The notes: generated by a model not told the origin, from the sequence alone. Counted from the first letter of the stretch, positions 51,118 to 61,397 are shown. The stretch: 64,000 bases of DNA from an uncultured Chloroflexia bacterium (GCA_963833225.1 CAWHXD010000017.1:32001-96000), one strand, 5' to 3'. Numbers and translations are program-made.

Positions 51118-51156
51118 GTCCCGGAGTCTACCCCGTGGGCCCGACGGGCTCCCGCG

Positions 51157-51874
51157 TCAGCCCAGGAGATCCACGACAAGATCGCCGGTCAGCTGGAGGT
51201 CGCCGCCATCGGTGACCAGCACGGACGTCAGCTCGATCGGGATGTCCTCCCCACCCCGGAGCAGGACGATCGGGGCGCCGTCCTGGAGTGGCTCGTCGGG
51301 CCGCAGGACCAGGTTGCCGGCGCGGGTCACGGCCAGCCGGCCGGTGATCGTCACCCCCGCCTTGATGACCAGCCGGTCCGGGGCCTCGAGGCGCACCGAG
51401 GAGGGGCGCACGCCGAGCTCCGCCTCGACCGCCGCCGAGACCACGTTCCTTGCCTCCCGGTTCGAGATGACCGTCGTCGTCGTGATCGTGATCGCCGCCT
51501 CCGAGCAGGGTGATCGTCTCGACCGCCAGGTCCCGACCGTCGGGGGTCCTGATGGTCACGTCCCGCAGCTCGCCGTCCACGACCGCCACGCTGCGGTCCA
51601 GGATCCGGACGTCGCCCAGGGCGAGGTCGAGGGCGCCGATCCGCATCCCCCGGAACGTGGCATCGGTGGCCGTCACCCGGACCGTGTCGGCGTGCAGGCC
51701 GAGGAGATCCGTCGGCGGGCTGGACGAGACCGTGACGGCCGTGTCCTCGGCCACCAGGCCGGCCGCCGAGACACCCACCTTGAAGATGGCGCCGGCAACC
51801 GCCGGGAGACCCACGATCACGATGAACGCGATCACGATCGCGCCCAGCATCAGGGTGAACAGGCAGCCGCGCAC
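51157..51874 (-). CDS. LmeA/DUF2993-like membrane-anchored protein; apparent frameshift near 51495
   Basis: N-terminal TM, DLLGLHADTVRV, and a beta-rich C-terminus (ELTSVLVTDGGDLQLTG) in the adjacent frame. Confidence 0.55.
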
Positions 51875-51879
51875 GAGCC

Positions 51880-53523
51880 CTAGGTGCCCGTCCAGCCCAT
51901 CGCCGCGAGCGTCTCGCGAGCGACCGCGGCCTCATCCCACCGGATCGCGTGGTCGGCATAGAGGATGGTCGGCTCGTGCCCCTTGCCGGCGAGCAGCACG
52001 ATGTCGCCCGGACGGGCCCGCTCGAAGGCGGCGCCGATCGCCTCGCGGCGGTCCGGGATCCCGAGGACGTCGACACCCCGCCGGCGGCCCGACGCCTCCG
52101 CTCCCCGGACGATCTCGTCCACGATGGCCCCGGGGTCCTCGCCCCGGGGATCCTCGTCCGCGGCAACGACCAGCCGGCATCGTTCGCCGGCGATCCGGCC
52201 CATCACCGCTCGCTTGGCGGTGTCGCGCTCACCGGCCGATCCAAACACGGCGATCAATCCGCCACCGCGGGCGGCCGCGACGGGTGCCAGCAGGCCGAGC
52301 ACCACCTCGAGCGAGGCCGGGGAGTGCGCGTAGTCGACGATCACGCCGAACGGCTGGCCCGCGTCGATCCGCTCCATCCTGCCCGGCACGGCCTCGACGC
52401 CCTCGAGGCCGTCGCGCACGGCCGCCGGGTCCAGCCCCAGGCCCTCGCCCAGCGCAACCACCGCAAGGGCATTGTGGACGTTGAACCGCCCGGCCAGCCG
52501 GAGCTCGAGCGCGCCCTCGCCCGACGGGGCCGTGAACCGGATCCGGAGGCGGCTCGCATCCTCCTCGATCGCCATGGCCCGGACGTCCGCGGAGGGACCC
52601 GTGCCATAGCCGATCAGGGTGGCCCCCGCGTCGCGCGCGGCGGCCTCGAACATCGGGGCGGCGGGATCATCGCGGTTGACGACCGCCAGCCTGGGCCACG
52701 GGCGGTCGTTGACAACCTTGGCCGGGAGCCCGGAGCCGGCCGCCAGCGCCGTGAACAGGCGGAGCTTGGCGGCGCGATAGCGCTCGAAGGTCCCGTGCAG
52801 ATCGAGGTGCTCGTGGGTGAGGTTGGTGAACACCGCCGCGTCGAAGGCCACGCCGGCGACGCGATCGAGCTCGAGGGCGTGCGATGTCGTTTCGACCACC
52901 GCGGCGGCGTTTCCGGAACGGACCATCGCGCGCAGGGTGGCCTGGAGCGCGGGCGCGGCCGGTGTGGTGGCATGGGCCTCGTGGCGTTCGCGCAGCGCGC
53001 CGACCTTCGTCTCCACGGTCCCGATCAGCCCGGTCGCGATCCCGGCCGCCTCGAGCGCCGCCACGGCGAGGTAGGTGGTCGTCGTCTTGCCGTCGGTGCC
53101 CGTGACCCCGACGATGCCCAGCTCGTGCGACGGATCCCCATACCACCAGGCCGCCGCGGCAGCGAGGGCGGAGCGCGTGGCGCTCACGACGAGCTGCGGG
53201 ATCGGGACCTGCGGCACGTAGCGCTCGACGATCGCCGCCGGTGCGCCGGCCGTCGCCGCCCGAGCCAGGTAGTCGTGGCCATCCACGTGGAACCCGGGGA
53301 CCGCGACGAACAGCGCGCCGGCACCGGCCTGCCGCGAGTCCTCGGTGACACCTCGGACCTCGATCCGGGCAAGCGCGGCGGCCGCCGCGGGCGCTCCGCC
53401 GACGTGGGCGCCCTGGACGAGACCGGCAGCGTCCAGCCGGTCCAGCAGCCCGGACAGGGGCCGCGGGTCTCGAGGCTCGGCGTCGCCGATCAGTCGGGCG
53501 ATGGGCGACGGCAGGCGACTCAT
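51880..53523 (-). CDS. murE: UDP-MurNAc-dipeptide:diamino acid ligase MurE
   Basis: DSR, GVTGTDGKTTT, ETTSH, FTNLTHEHL, GRME, VDYAH, VFGSAGERD and LAGKGHE motifs. Confidence 0.95.
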   Translation of the reverse strand: MSRLPSPIARLIGDAEPRDPRPLSGLLDRLDAAGLVQGAHVGGAPAAAAALARIEVRGVTEDSRQAGAGALFVAVPGFHVDGHDYLARAATAGAPAAIVERYVPQVPIPQLVVSATRSALAAAAAWWYGDPSHELGIVGVTGTDGKTTTTYLAVAALEAAGIATGLIGTVETKVGALRERHEAHATTPAAPALQATLRAMVRSGNAAAVVETTSHALELDRVAGVAFDAAVFTNLTHEHLDLHGTFERYRAAKLRLFTALAAGSGLPAKVVNDRPWPRLAVVNRDDPAAPMFEAAARDAGATLIGYGTGPSADVRAMAIEEDASRLRIRFTAPSGEGALELRLAGRFNVHNALAVVALGEGLGLDPAAVRDGLEGVEAVPGRMERIDAGQPFGVIVDYAHSPASLEVVLGLLAPVAAARGGGLIAVFGSAGERDTAKRAVMGRIAGERCRLVVAADEDPRGEDPGAIVDEIVRGAEASGRRRGVDVLGIPDRREAIGAAFERARPGDIVLLAGKGHEPTILYADHAIRWDEAAVARETLAAMGWTGT

Positions 53524-54674
53524 GCCGCTCCCCCACCCCGCCCGGCGACCCGGACGAGCCTGGACACGGTGCGACCAAGGGCGTAGCGCCACGGGCGTGC
53601 CACGTGCTCGTGCGCGCCCGCCAGGGCGACCCACGCCGCGCCGAACGAGCGCTTGTGCTCGTACAGGCCGAACGTCGGTTCGCCTTCGAGCGGGATCCGG
53701 CGCGCGCCGGGCGTGTCCACCCCGCCGAGATCCATCTCGGTCCGGCCCTCCGCCAGCGCGAGCTGGATCGCCCGCCAGCGCAGCAGGTGCATCGCCCCGG
53801 GATGGTCCCGGCGCCGCTCCGCGCGGTCGGCGGAGTGGACCGTCGAGAGCCGCCCGCCGTGCCGGTACAGCACCAGCCCCGCGAGCACATCGCCATCGGC
53901 GGCGCCCTCGCGGGCCTCCAGGTAGACCAGGTGTCCCGCCGCCAGCGCCCGTCGCCACCAGGAGGTGAACTCGGCCGGACCGGCGAAGCCGAAGCCACGC
54001 CGCTCGCCGGTGGCGCGCAGCAGGCCATAGAAGCGATCCAGCGCCGGCCCGGCGTCCTCGTGGGGCGCGACCGTGCGGTCTCCATCCCACGGGCCGGCAT
54101 CGTGCTGGACCACGACCACCCGGTCGCGCTCGGCGCGGCGGATGCGCTGGCGGGTGGCCTTGGCGATGCCGTCGAACACCGCGGCCTCATCGGCGGCGAG
54201 GCTGAGCGCCATCCGGTGCCGCGACGGCTGGATCTCGTCGATCGCGTGGAACCCACCCGACGCGAGCGCCGCCTGGTAGGACGTGTCGTCCGCGGCGACC
54301 TCCGGGTCGGCGGCCAGGACATCGATCCCGTCCGCCGTCAGGTGCGCAGCGACCGCCGCGATCGCCCCGCCGACCACGGCTCCGGCGCCGGGCACCGCGC
54401 CCGCCCCATCGAACGACCAGGCCACGGCCTGGCCCACCGGCCCCCGCGGCGCGTAGGCCGATCCACCACCGACCAGCGGCCAACGACGCACGAGGACGAG
54501 CGTCCGCGTCTCGCCGACCGCGAGAAACCGCGGCATCCAGCCGCCCGTGCGCCGGTGCTCGGCCCAGGCCCGCGACTGGAGGACATGGCCGCCGGGGACG
54601 TCGACGGCACCCGCGTCCCAATCGGCGAGCGCCGCGCCCTCGAGCTCGGTGACGGGCATCGTGGCCGCCGTCAC
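53520..54674 (-). CDS. FemABX-family peptidoglycan bridge aminoacyltransferase (second copy)
   Basis: HVLQSRAWA, YAPRGP, IQP, TRQRIRRA, LLRWRAI, DLGG and LYEHKRSFG motifs. Confidence 0.85.
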   Translation of the reverse strand: MTAATMPVTELEGAALADWDAGAVDVPGGHVLQSRAWAEHRRTGGWMPRFLAVGETRTLVLVRRWPLVGGGSAYAPRGPVGQAVAWSFDGAGAVPGAGAVVGGAIAAVAAHLTADGIDVLAADPEVAADDTSYQAALASGGFHAIDEIQPSRHRMALSLAADEAAVFDGIAKATRQRIRRAERDRVVVVQHDAGPWDGDRTVAPHEDAGPALDRFYGLLRATGERRGFGFAGPAEFTSWWRRALAAGHLVYLEAREGAADGDVLAGLVLYRHGGRLSTVHSADRAERRRDHPGAMHLLRWRAIQLALAEGRTEMDLGGVDTPGARRIPLEGEPTFGLYEHKRSFGAAWVALAGAHEHVARPWRYALGRTVSRLVRVAGRGGGAA

Positions 54675-55765
54675 CCGTCGCCTCCGGCGTCGCCCCCGTA
54701 GCCGGCGGCCGTGGTGCCCCCCGCGCCCCGCAGCCCATGCCGCATCCGCTCGACGCGGACCCGCGCCCGCTGGGCGACGCTGTAGGTCCGGCGCCCGAAC
54801 GGGTCGAGCACGAGATCCCACGCCCCGATGTAGCGGACCTCGCGGCCCCCGAAGCCCGTCTTGAAGTGGTCGATCCCGGCATGCGCGAGGCCCCACAGGT
54901 CGTAGCTGTTCGCCCCGGCCGCCTTGGAGCTGCGGATCGCCTCCCACTTGAGCAGGTAGTTGGCGCGTGAGTCGGCGCCCGCCGGCGTCATCCCCCCATA
55001 GGGCTCCACGACCCGGGTCCCCGCCCGGACCAGGAACAGCGTCGCGACCGGCTCGCCATCGGGCAGCTGGGCAAACAGCAGGCGTGCTCGACCGTCCGGT
55101 CCGAAGGCGTCCCAGGCATCCCGGTAGGCCGACTGGGCCCGGATCAGGAAGCCGGCGCGATCTGCCGTCTCGCGGTAGATCCGGTAGAAGTCGTCGAGGC
55201 GCTCCGCGCCGGCATCGACCACCTGGATCCCACCGGTGCGGGCCTTGTTGACGTACTGCCGCCACTTCTTGCGCAGACCGCCCCACAGGGCATCCTCATC
55301 CGCCTGGAGGTCGATGACCCGGGTGCTGGCCGGCTGGATCGCCGGCGACGGCCGCCACCCCGCGCGCTGCAGCGCCCCGGTGATGGCGTCCCCGTCGTCG
55401 GGGCCGGCGCCGTGCTCGATCTCGGGGTCGATCGTGAGGTGGCTGACGCGTGCCCCGTCGCGCAACCGACCGGCCGCCAGCTCCGTGAACGTTACGACGG
55501 CCTCCGGGACCCAGCGCTCCAGCACCGGGCCGCGTGGGGCATAGGCGAGAGCCCACGGCAACGGCCCGGGGCGGCGGAGGAGCACCTGGGCGCCCACGCC
55601 CCCGGCCGGGTCGGCCAGGCGGCGGGCTGTCCAGCCATTCACGGCCTTGACCCGGGCCCACCCGGAGAGCTGGAGGTACGAGCCCCGCGGGTTCGCCTCG
55701 ACCAGCGCGTCCCACGCGGCGGGCGCGACGTCACCCTCGACCGAAGCCGGGATGCGCGCGGTCAT
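54671..55765 (-). CDS. FemABX-family (FemX/MurM-like) lipid II aminoacyltransferase
   Basis: YLQLSGWARVK, YAPRGP, IQP, KKWRQYVNKA, YGGM, NYLLKWEAI, YDLWG and FKTGFGG motifs. Confidence 0.9.
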   Translation of the reverse strand: MTARIPASVEGDVAPAAWDALVEANPRGSYLQLSGWARVKAVNGWTARRLADPAGGVGAQVLLRRPGPLPWALAYAPRGPVLERWVPEAVVTFTELAAGRLRDGARVSHLTIDPEIEHGAGPDDGDAITGALQRAGWRPSPAIQPASTRVIDLQADEDALWGGLRKKWRQYVNKARTGGIQVVDAGAERLDDFYRIYRETADRAGFLIRAQSAYRDAWDAFGPDGRARLLFAQLPDGEPVATLFLVRAGTRVVEPYGGMTPAGADSRANYLLKWEAIRSSKAAGANSYDLWGLAHAGIDHFKTGFGGREVRYIGAWDLVLDPFGRRTYSVAQRARVRVERMRHGLRGAGGTTAAGYGGDAGGDG

Positions 55766-57399
55766 GCGCGCCCGCGCCGGCGCAGGAGGTCCACCACGAT
55801 CCCGACGATAGTCCGCAACTCGGTGATCCGCAACGCGAGCGACCCGCCGACGATGACGAGGCCACCCGCCACCGTCGCGATGGTTGCCCGCGCCAGGAGG
55901 ATGAGGAACCCGGGGTCCTCGCCCCACGCGGCCAACAGCGCCTGCTCGACACCCCAGGCGACCGCAGCTCCGGCCAGCGCGACGACCAGCGCCCGCGCGA
56001 GCACCCAGGCCACGTACCGCAGACCGGCGCCGTACCCGGGCACCCGGCCATGCAGGAGCAGCGCCAGGGCGACCGTCTCGAGCCACGCCGAGATGGCGAT
56101 GGCCGCCGCAAGCCCGTTGAGCCCAAGCGGCCCGACCAGGATGTTCGCGAGCACGATGTTGGTGACCACGGCCCCCAGGGCGGCAAGCACCGGTGTCCGC
56201 GTGTCCTTGAGGGCGTAGAAGGCCCGGGCGAGGACGGCGATCAGCGCGTGGGCGGTGAGCCCCACCAGGAACACCGCGAGCGCGAGGCCGGTGGCCTTGA
56301 TCGCCGACTCCCCGATGTCCGCGATCCCGAACAGGAGACGGACCACGTCCTCGGAAACGACGATCCCGAGCGCGGCGATGGCGATCATCACGAACGCCAG
56401 GATCGCGAGGCCACGCACGAGGAGGCGAGTGAACGCCTCGCTGGCCCCGCCCGCCGCCACGCGCGCGAGCGACGGCAGCAGGACCACGCCCAGCGGCACC
56501 CCGATCACGCCGATCGGGATCTGGAGCACCGCGAAGCTGAAGTTGAACACCGGCAGCGCCTCGGGGCCCAGCGTGGACGCGAGGCTGGTCATGACCACGA
56601 ACACGAACTGGGTCGCGCCCAGCCCGATCGCCCGCGGGACCATCAGCAGCAGCGCCAGGCGGGCCTGGTCGTCGCGCAGGTCCACGTGCGGGCGGAGCCT
56701 GGCCCCCTGCCGGACGAGCGGCGGCAGCTGCACCAGCACGTGTCCGATGGCCCCCACGACCACCCCGATCGCCAGGCCACCGACCCCGATCGACGGGACG
56801 AGCAGGAGCGCCGCCCCGATGATCCCGAGGTTGTACACGAGCGGGGCGAGGGCCGCGGCCGCGAACCGGCCACGCGCGTTGAGCGCGCTGGTCGCCACCG
56901 CCCCTGCGGCGAGGAACAGCGGCGCCAGGACCATGATCCGGGTGAGCTCCGTCGTGCGGGCGAGCTGGTCAGCGTCAAAGCCCGGGGTCATCAGCGACAC
57001 GAGCTCCGGGGCGAACAGGAGCACGACGCCGGCGAGGAGCGCGAGCAGGGCGAGCATCAGCGTCGCCACGGTGGACACCACGCGCCACGCGCGGGCGTCC
57101 TCGTCGGTCGCGAACAGGGCCGCGACCACCGGGATCAACGCCGAGGACAGGGCGCCGGCCGCCACCAGCTGGAACAGGAGGTCCGGGATCCGGAAGGCCG
57201 CATAGAACGGGCTCAGGTCGCCGACATCCGGCACGGAGCCGGCGATCGCGATCGTCCGGACGTAGCCCAGGACCCGTGAGGCGAGGAACAGGACCGTGAC
57301 GATCAGGCCGGCCCGCGCGATCGCCCGGGTGGCGGCCGAGCCAGGACGGCCCGTGCCACCCTCGTCCGGGGGTGGCACGGCCAGGACGGGATCGTCCAT
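55762..57399 (-). CDS. murJ: Lipid II flippase MurJ (MviN)
   Basis: SRVLGYVR, AFRIPDLLF...GALSSALIP, QIPIGVIG and RAFYALKDTRTP motifs. Confidence 0.95.
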   Translation of the reverse strand: MDDPVLAVPPPDEGGTGRPGSAATRAIARAGLIVTVLFLASRVLGYVRTIAIAGSVPDVGDLSPFYAAFRIPDLLFQLVAAGALSSALIPVVAALFATDEDARAWRVVSTVATLMLALLALLAGVVLLFAPELVSLMTPGFDADQLARTTELTRIMVLAPLFLAAGAVATSALNARGRFAAAALAPLVYNLGIIGAALLLVPSIGVGGLAIGVVVGAIGHVLVQLPPLVRQGARLRPHVDLRDDQARLALLLMVPRAIGLGATQFVFVVMTSLASTLGPEALPVFNFSFAVLQIPIGVIGVPLGVVLLPSLARVAAGGASEAFTRLLVRGLAILAFVMIAIAALGIVVSEDVVRLLFGIADIGESAIKATGLALAVFLVGLTAHALIAVLARAFYALKDTRTPVLAALGAVVTNIVLANILVGPLGLNGLAAAIAISAWLETVALALLLHGRVPGYGAGLRYVAWVLARALVVALAGAAVAWGVEQALLAAWGEDPGFLILLARATIATVAGGLVIVGGSLALRITELRTIVGIVVDLLRRRGRA

Positions 57400-58365
57400 C
57401 AGGGTGTCCTCGCCCGTGGATGCGCCAGCCGGTAGGCATCCCGGAGTCGTGCCGGGGACACGTGCGTGTACACCTGGGTGGTCGCCAGGCTCTCGTGGCC
57501 GAGGAGCTCCTGCACGATCCGGAGATCGGCTCCGCCCTCGAGGAGATGCGTGGCGAACGAGTGGCGGAGCGTGTGGGGGCTGATGCCCTCGGGGAGACCG
57601 GCGAGTCGACACAGGCGATCGAGACGCATCCGCAGGCCGCGCACGCCGAGCGGCGAGCCGTGGTGGTTGAGGAAGATCTCGACCGGCTCGTCAGCGAGCG
57701 GGTCCCGGCGGGCCGACAGCTCCGGGCGACCCTGGTCGAGATAGGCGGAGATGGCCTCGCGGGCAGGCCGGCCGAGCAGCCCGACCCGCTCCTTGCGACC
57801 CTTGCCCATCACGCGCAGCTCGCCCCGTCGCAGCTCCAGCGAGCCGAGGTCCGCGGCCGCCAGCTCGCTGATCCGCAGGCCCGCGGCATAGGCCGTCTCC
57901 ACCAGCGCCCGGTCCCGCAGGGCCAGCGCGAACGCGAGCGCCGGGTCCCTGCGGGCTGTCGCCGACGTTCCAGCGCCGGCCGCCGCGAGGTCGTCGTCCA
58001 CGACCGCGAGGATGGCCTCGACCTGCTCCACCTCGAGGACCTTGGGCAGGCGCCGCGGCAGCCTCGGCGTGGCGATCACCCCCCATGGGTCGCCGGGGGC
58101 GATGCCGGAGCGGGCGCAGTAGCGGTGGAACGACCGCAGCGCGGCCATGCCGCTGGGCGACCGACGATCTGGCGTGCCCGGCCGACAGGTCGGCAAGGTA
58201 GGCGCGGAGCGTGGAGCGGCCCGGGCTGCGCCAGTCGGCGCCTCGGTCGTCGAGCCAGTCGAGGTAGGTCGCGACGGTCGCCTCATACGAGCGACGCGTC
58301 TCGGGCGAGAAGTCCCGGGCTTCCAGCGATCGCAGGAACCGGCGCAGCGCCTCCGGGCCCGTCAC
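57399..58365 (-). CDS. xerC: Tyrosine recombinase XerC; apparent 1-nt insertion near 58149
   Basis: N-terminus SPETRRSY...SVAQR, then after the shift [38 protein letters not shown] and TTQVYTH; located downstream of topA. Confidence 0.85.
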
Positions 58366-58408
58366 GCGCCTGCCTCCGTGGCCTCGAGCGACGTGGTCCC
58401 GGCGCCGG

Positions 58409-60847
58409 TCACGCCGTCTTGCGCCGCGGGCTGGGCACGGCGCGCGAGCTGCTGCTCCCGGTCCGCGCCGGGCGCCTCGCGGCAGCCGTTTTGGACGAGC
58501 CGGCGCCTCGCCGCCCACCACGGCCCGGCCGGACCAGGGCCTCGGGGTTGGGCGGCCCACCCGGGAGGCGGCTGCCGACGAGGATCCCGTCGGGAAGCTC
58601 CACGGTGGCCCCACAGGTCAGGCAGACCCCGCCCTCGCCCCTGCGGGCGACGGCCCCCCGGCCATCCGCGTGACTCGCGTCGGTGGCGTCGTGGACTGCC
58701 CCGGTGGGCTCGTCGTTGGTGGTGAAGTCGCACTTCGGGTAGGCGGAGCATCCCCAGAAGACGTTCCCCGTGCGCCGGGCGCGACGGGCGACCAGCTTCC
58801 CGTCGGCGTTCTTGGGACACACGACCTCGAACGGCAGCGGGTCCGGGGGCGGCGGGCCGTCCTTCCGGATGTACGTGCAGTCCGGGTAGCGCGAGCAGCC
58901 CACGAACGCCCCAAACCGGCCCCGGCGCTGCTGGAGCGTCCCCTCGCCGCACTCCGGGCAAGCGTCGCCCTCGCCCTCGAGCGGCGGCGGCTCGTCGCCG
59001 GGGAGCGGCCGCGTCTCCTTGTGGTCAGGGTAGGTCGAGCAGGCGAGGAACTTGCCGGTCCGGCCGAGGCGGATGACCATCGGGTGGCCGAGCGAGCAGA
59101 CCTCCTCGGTCTCCTCGGTCGTGAAGTCCGAGCGCTTGAGCTCGCGCCGCTTCTCCTCCACGCGCACCTTGAGCGGCCCGAAGAACGCGCGAAGCAGGGG
59201 CACCCACTGGCGCTCGCCGCGGGCCACCTCGTCGAGCTCCTCCTCCATGCGGGCCGTGAACTTGAGATCCACGTACTCGCCGAAGTGGCCGACCAGCAGA
59301 TCGGTGACGATCTCGCCGATCTCCTCGGGATGCAGGCGCCGCTCCTTCACGATCACATAGCCGCGATCGAGGATCGTGGAGATGGTCGCGGCGTAGGTGG
59401 ACGGGCGGCCGATTCCGTGCTCCTCGAGCGCCTTGATGAGCGTGGCCTCCGTGTACCGGGGCGGCGGCTCGGTGAAGTGCTGGGTGGGGGTCACGGACTC
59501 CACGGCGGTCACATCGCCGGCCTGCAGCGGCGGGAGCCGGCGCTCGGCCTCCTCGGCCGTGTCGTCGGTGCCCTCGGTGTACACGCGGGCGAAGCCCTCG
59601 AACAGCGTCCGCGTCGCGGAGGCGCGCAGCCGGTACGCCCCGTCCACGAGCTCGGCCGTCGTGGTCTCGAGCTCCTTGGAGGCCATCTGCGAGGCGATGG
59701 CGCGCTGCCAGATCAGCCGGTACAGCCGGTGCTGGTCCGCTTTCAGGAACGGCTGCATCGACTCCGGGTCGCGCAGGAACGAGGTCGGCCGGACCGACTC
59801 GTGCGCCTCCTGGGCCCCCTTCTGCCGGGTCTTGTGGACGCGCCCCTTGCCGGTGCCGAACCGCTCCCCGAACCGCTCCGTGATCACCGTCTGGGCCTCG
59901 GCGATGGCGACGGCCGCCATGACAGTCGAGTCGGTCCGCATGTACGTGATGAGGCCGACATGCCCATCGGGGGTATCCACGCCCTCGTACAGGTCCTGCG
60001 CAACCGACATCGTCCGCTTGGGGCTGAAGCCCAGCTTCCGGCTGGCCTCCTGCTGGAGCGTGCTGGTGGTGAACGGTGGCGCCGGGTTGCGCTTGCTCGT
60101 CTTGGTCGCCACCGAGTCCACCACGGGCCGGAGGCCGCGGATCGCAGCCGCGTGGCGCTCCGCTGTCTCGCCGTCGGCGATCTCGGGAACCTTGCCGTCG
60201 ATCCGTGCCAGGTCAGCCGTGAACGTGGCCCCCGAGGCCGTGGCGAGGACCGCCTCCAGCGTCCAGTACTCGCGCGCGGTGAAGGCACGGATCTCGCGCT
60301 CGCGCTCCACCACCATCCGGACCGCGACCGACTGGACGCGCCCGGCGGAGAGCCCGCCGCGGACCTTGCGCGACAGCAGCGGGCTGAGGGTGTAGCCGAC
60401 GAGCCGGTCCACGATCCGGCGCGCCTGCTGCGCGTCCACCAGGTGCTGGTCGATCTCGCGAGGCTCGGCGAAGGCCTGCTGGATGGCGCTCTCGGTGATC
60501 TCGCTGAAGGTCACCCGGCGCGTCTTGGCGGCTGGGACCCCGGCTGCTTGGGCAACGTGCCAGGCGATGGCCTCGCCCTCCCGATCGAGGTCGGTGGCGA
60601 GGTACACGCGCTCGGCGGTCCTGGCCGCCCGGGCGATCTCATTGACCTGCTTGCGCCGGTCCTCGGAGATCACGTACTCGGGCTCGAAGTCGTGATCGAC
60701 ATCCACGCCGAACTTGCCCTTGCCCGGGTTCTCGGGCAGGTCCCGGACGTGGCCGTACGAGGCGAGGACCTTGTAGTCGGGGCCAAGATAGCGCTCGATG
60801 GTCCTCGCCTTGGCCGGCGACTCTACGATCACGAGGTTCTTGGCCAT
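58409..60847 (-). CDS. topA: DNA topoisomerase I with C-terminal zinc ribbons
   Basis: LVIVESPAKA, ATDLDREGEAI, SAGRVQS, ITYMRTDS, GIGRPSTY and repeated Cys zinc-ribbon motifs. Confidence 0.98.
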   Translation of the reverse strand: MAKNLVIVESPAKARTIERYLGPDYKVLASYGHVRDLPENPGKGKFGVDVDHDFEPEYVISEDRRKQVNEIARAARTAERVYLATDLDREGEAIAWHVAQAAGVPAAKTRRVTFSEITESAIQQAFAEPREIDQHLVDAQQARRIVDRLVGYTLSPLLSRKVRGGLSAGRVQSVAVRMVVEREREIRAFTAREYWTLEAVLATASGATFTADLARIDGKVPEIADGETAERHAAAIRGLRPVVDSVATKTSKRNPAPPFTTSTLQQEASRKLGFSPKRTMSVAQDLYEGVDTPDGHVGLITYMRTDSTVMAAVAIAEAQTVITERFGERFGTGKGRVHKTRQKGAQEAHESVRPTSFLRDPESMQPFLKADQHRLYRLIWQRAIASQMASKELETTTAELVDGAYRLRASATRTLFEGFARVYTEGTDDTAEEAERRLPPLQAGDVTAVESVTPTQHFTEPPPRYTEATLIKALEEHGIGRPSTYAATISTILDRGYVIVKERRLHPEEIGEIVTDLLVGHFGEYVDLKFTARMEEELDEVARGERQWVPLLRAFFGPLKVRVEEKRRELKRSDFTTEETEEVCSLGHPMVIRLGRTGKFLACSTYPDHKETRPLPGDEPPPLEGEGDACPECGEGTLQQRRGRFGAFVGCSRYPDCTYIRKDGPPPPDPLPFEVVCPKNADGKLVARRARRTGNVFWGCSAYPKCDFTTNDEPTGAVHDATDASHADGRGAVARRGEGGVCLTCGATVELPDGILVGSRLPGGPPNPEALVRPGRGGRRGAGSSKTAAARRPARTGSSSSRAVPSPRRKTA

Positions 60848-60925
60848 GGCGGCGCGGAGTGTAGCACCGGCCCCTTGCGCGCCGATCACCCCGGGACCGG
60901 CCCTGGCGCGCCGTGGCCCGCGCGG

Positions 60926-61330
60926 CTAGATGTCGCGAACGCGCTTCAGGAAGTCCTCGTCGATACCGAGATCGGTATCGAGGTCCTCTCCGCCCGCGTC
61001 CTGCTCCGGCCCGCCCGGACCGACGGCCAGGACCGGCAGGCGCTGCTCGTCGTCACCCGTAGCCGACTCGGACATGGCGATCGCGACCGGCGCGTCACCA
61101 CCCTCCTCGACGTGGCGCTCGATGGCACCCGGCGGGATCTCCAGGAACCGGATGACGCGGTACGGGAAGAAGAACGTGCCCGCGATGCTGTCGATGAAGA
61201 TCGGCCGCTTGCCGTCCATCATCCGCAGGTTCGTGCACAGGAGGCCGGCGTCGGTGGCGGCCGGGACGCTGAACAGGTCCGCGAGAAGCGGCTGCTCGTT
61301 GGCAACGTGGAGGACGACGTGGCGGATCAC
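60926..61330 (-). CDS. Hypothetical protein with a compact beta domain and acidic tail
   Basis: GTG start 6 nt after a CACCAT -10; globular N-terminus HVVLHVANEQP...DGKRPIFID...FPYRVIRFLEI. Confidence 0.7.
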   Translation of the reverse strand: MIRHVVLHVANEQPLLADLFSVPAATDAGLLCTNLRMMDGKRPIFIDSIAGTFFFPYRVIRFLEIPPGAIERHVEEGGDAPVAIAMSESATGDDEQRLPVLAVGPGGPEQDAGGEDLDTDLGIDEDFLKRVRDI

Positions 61331-61397
61331 GGGTTCATGGTGCGCGACGGACGGGGCCGCGTCACCGGCCCGATGGTCCGGGTCCCGGCAGGATCGA

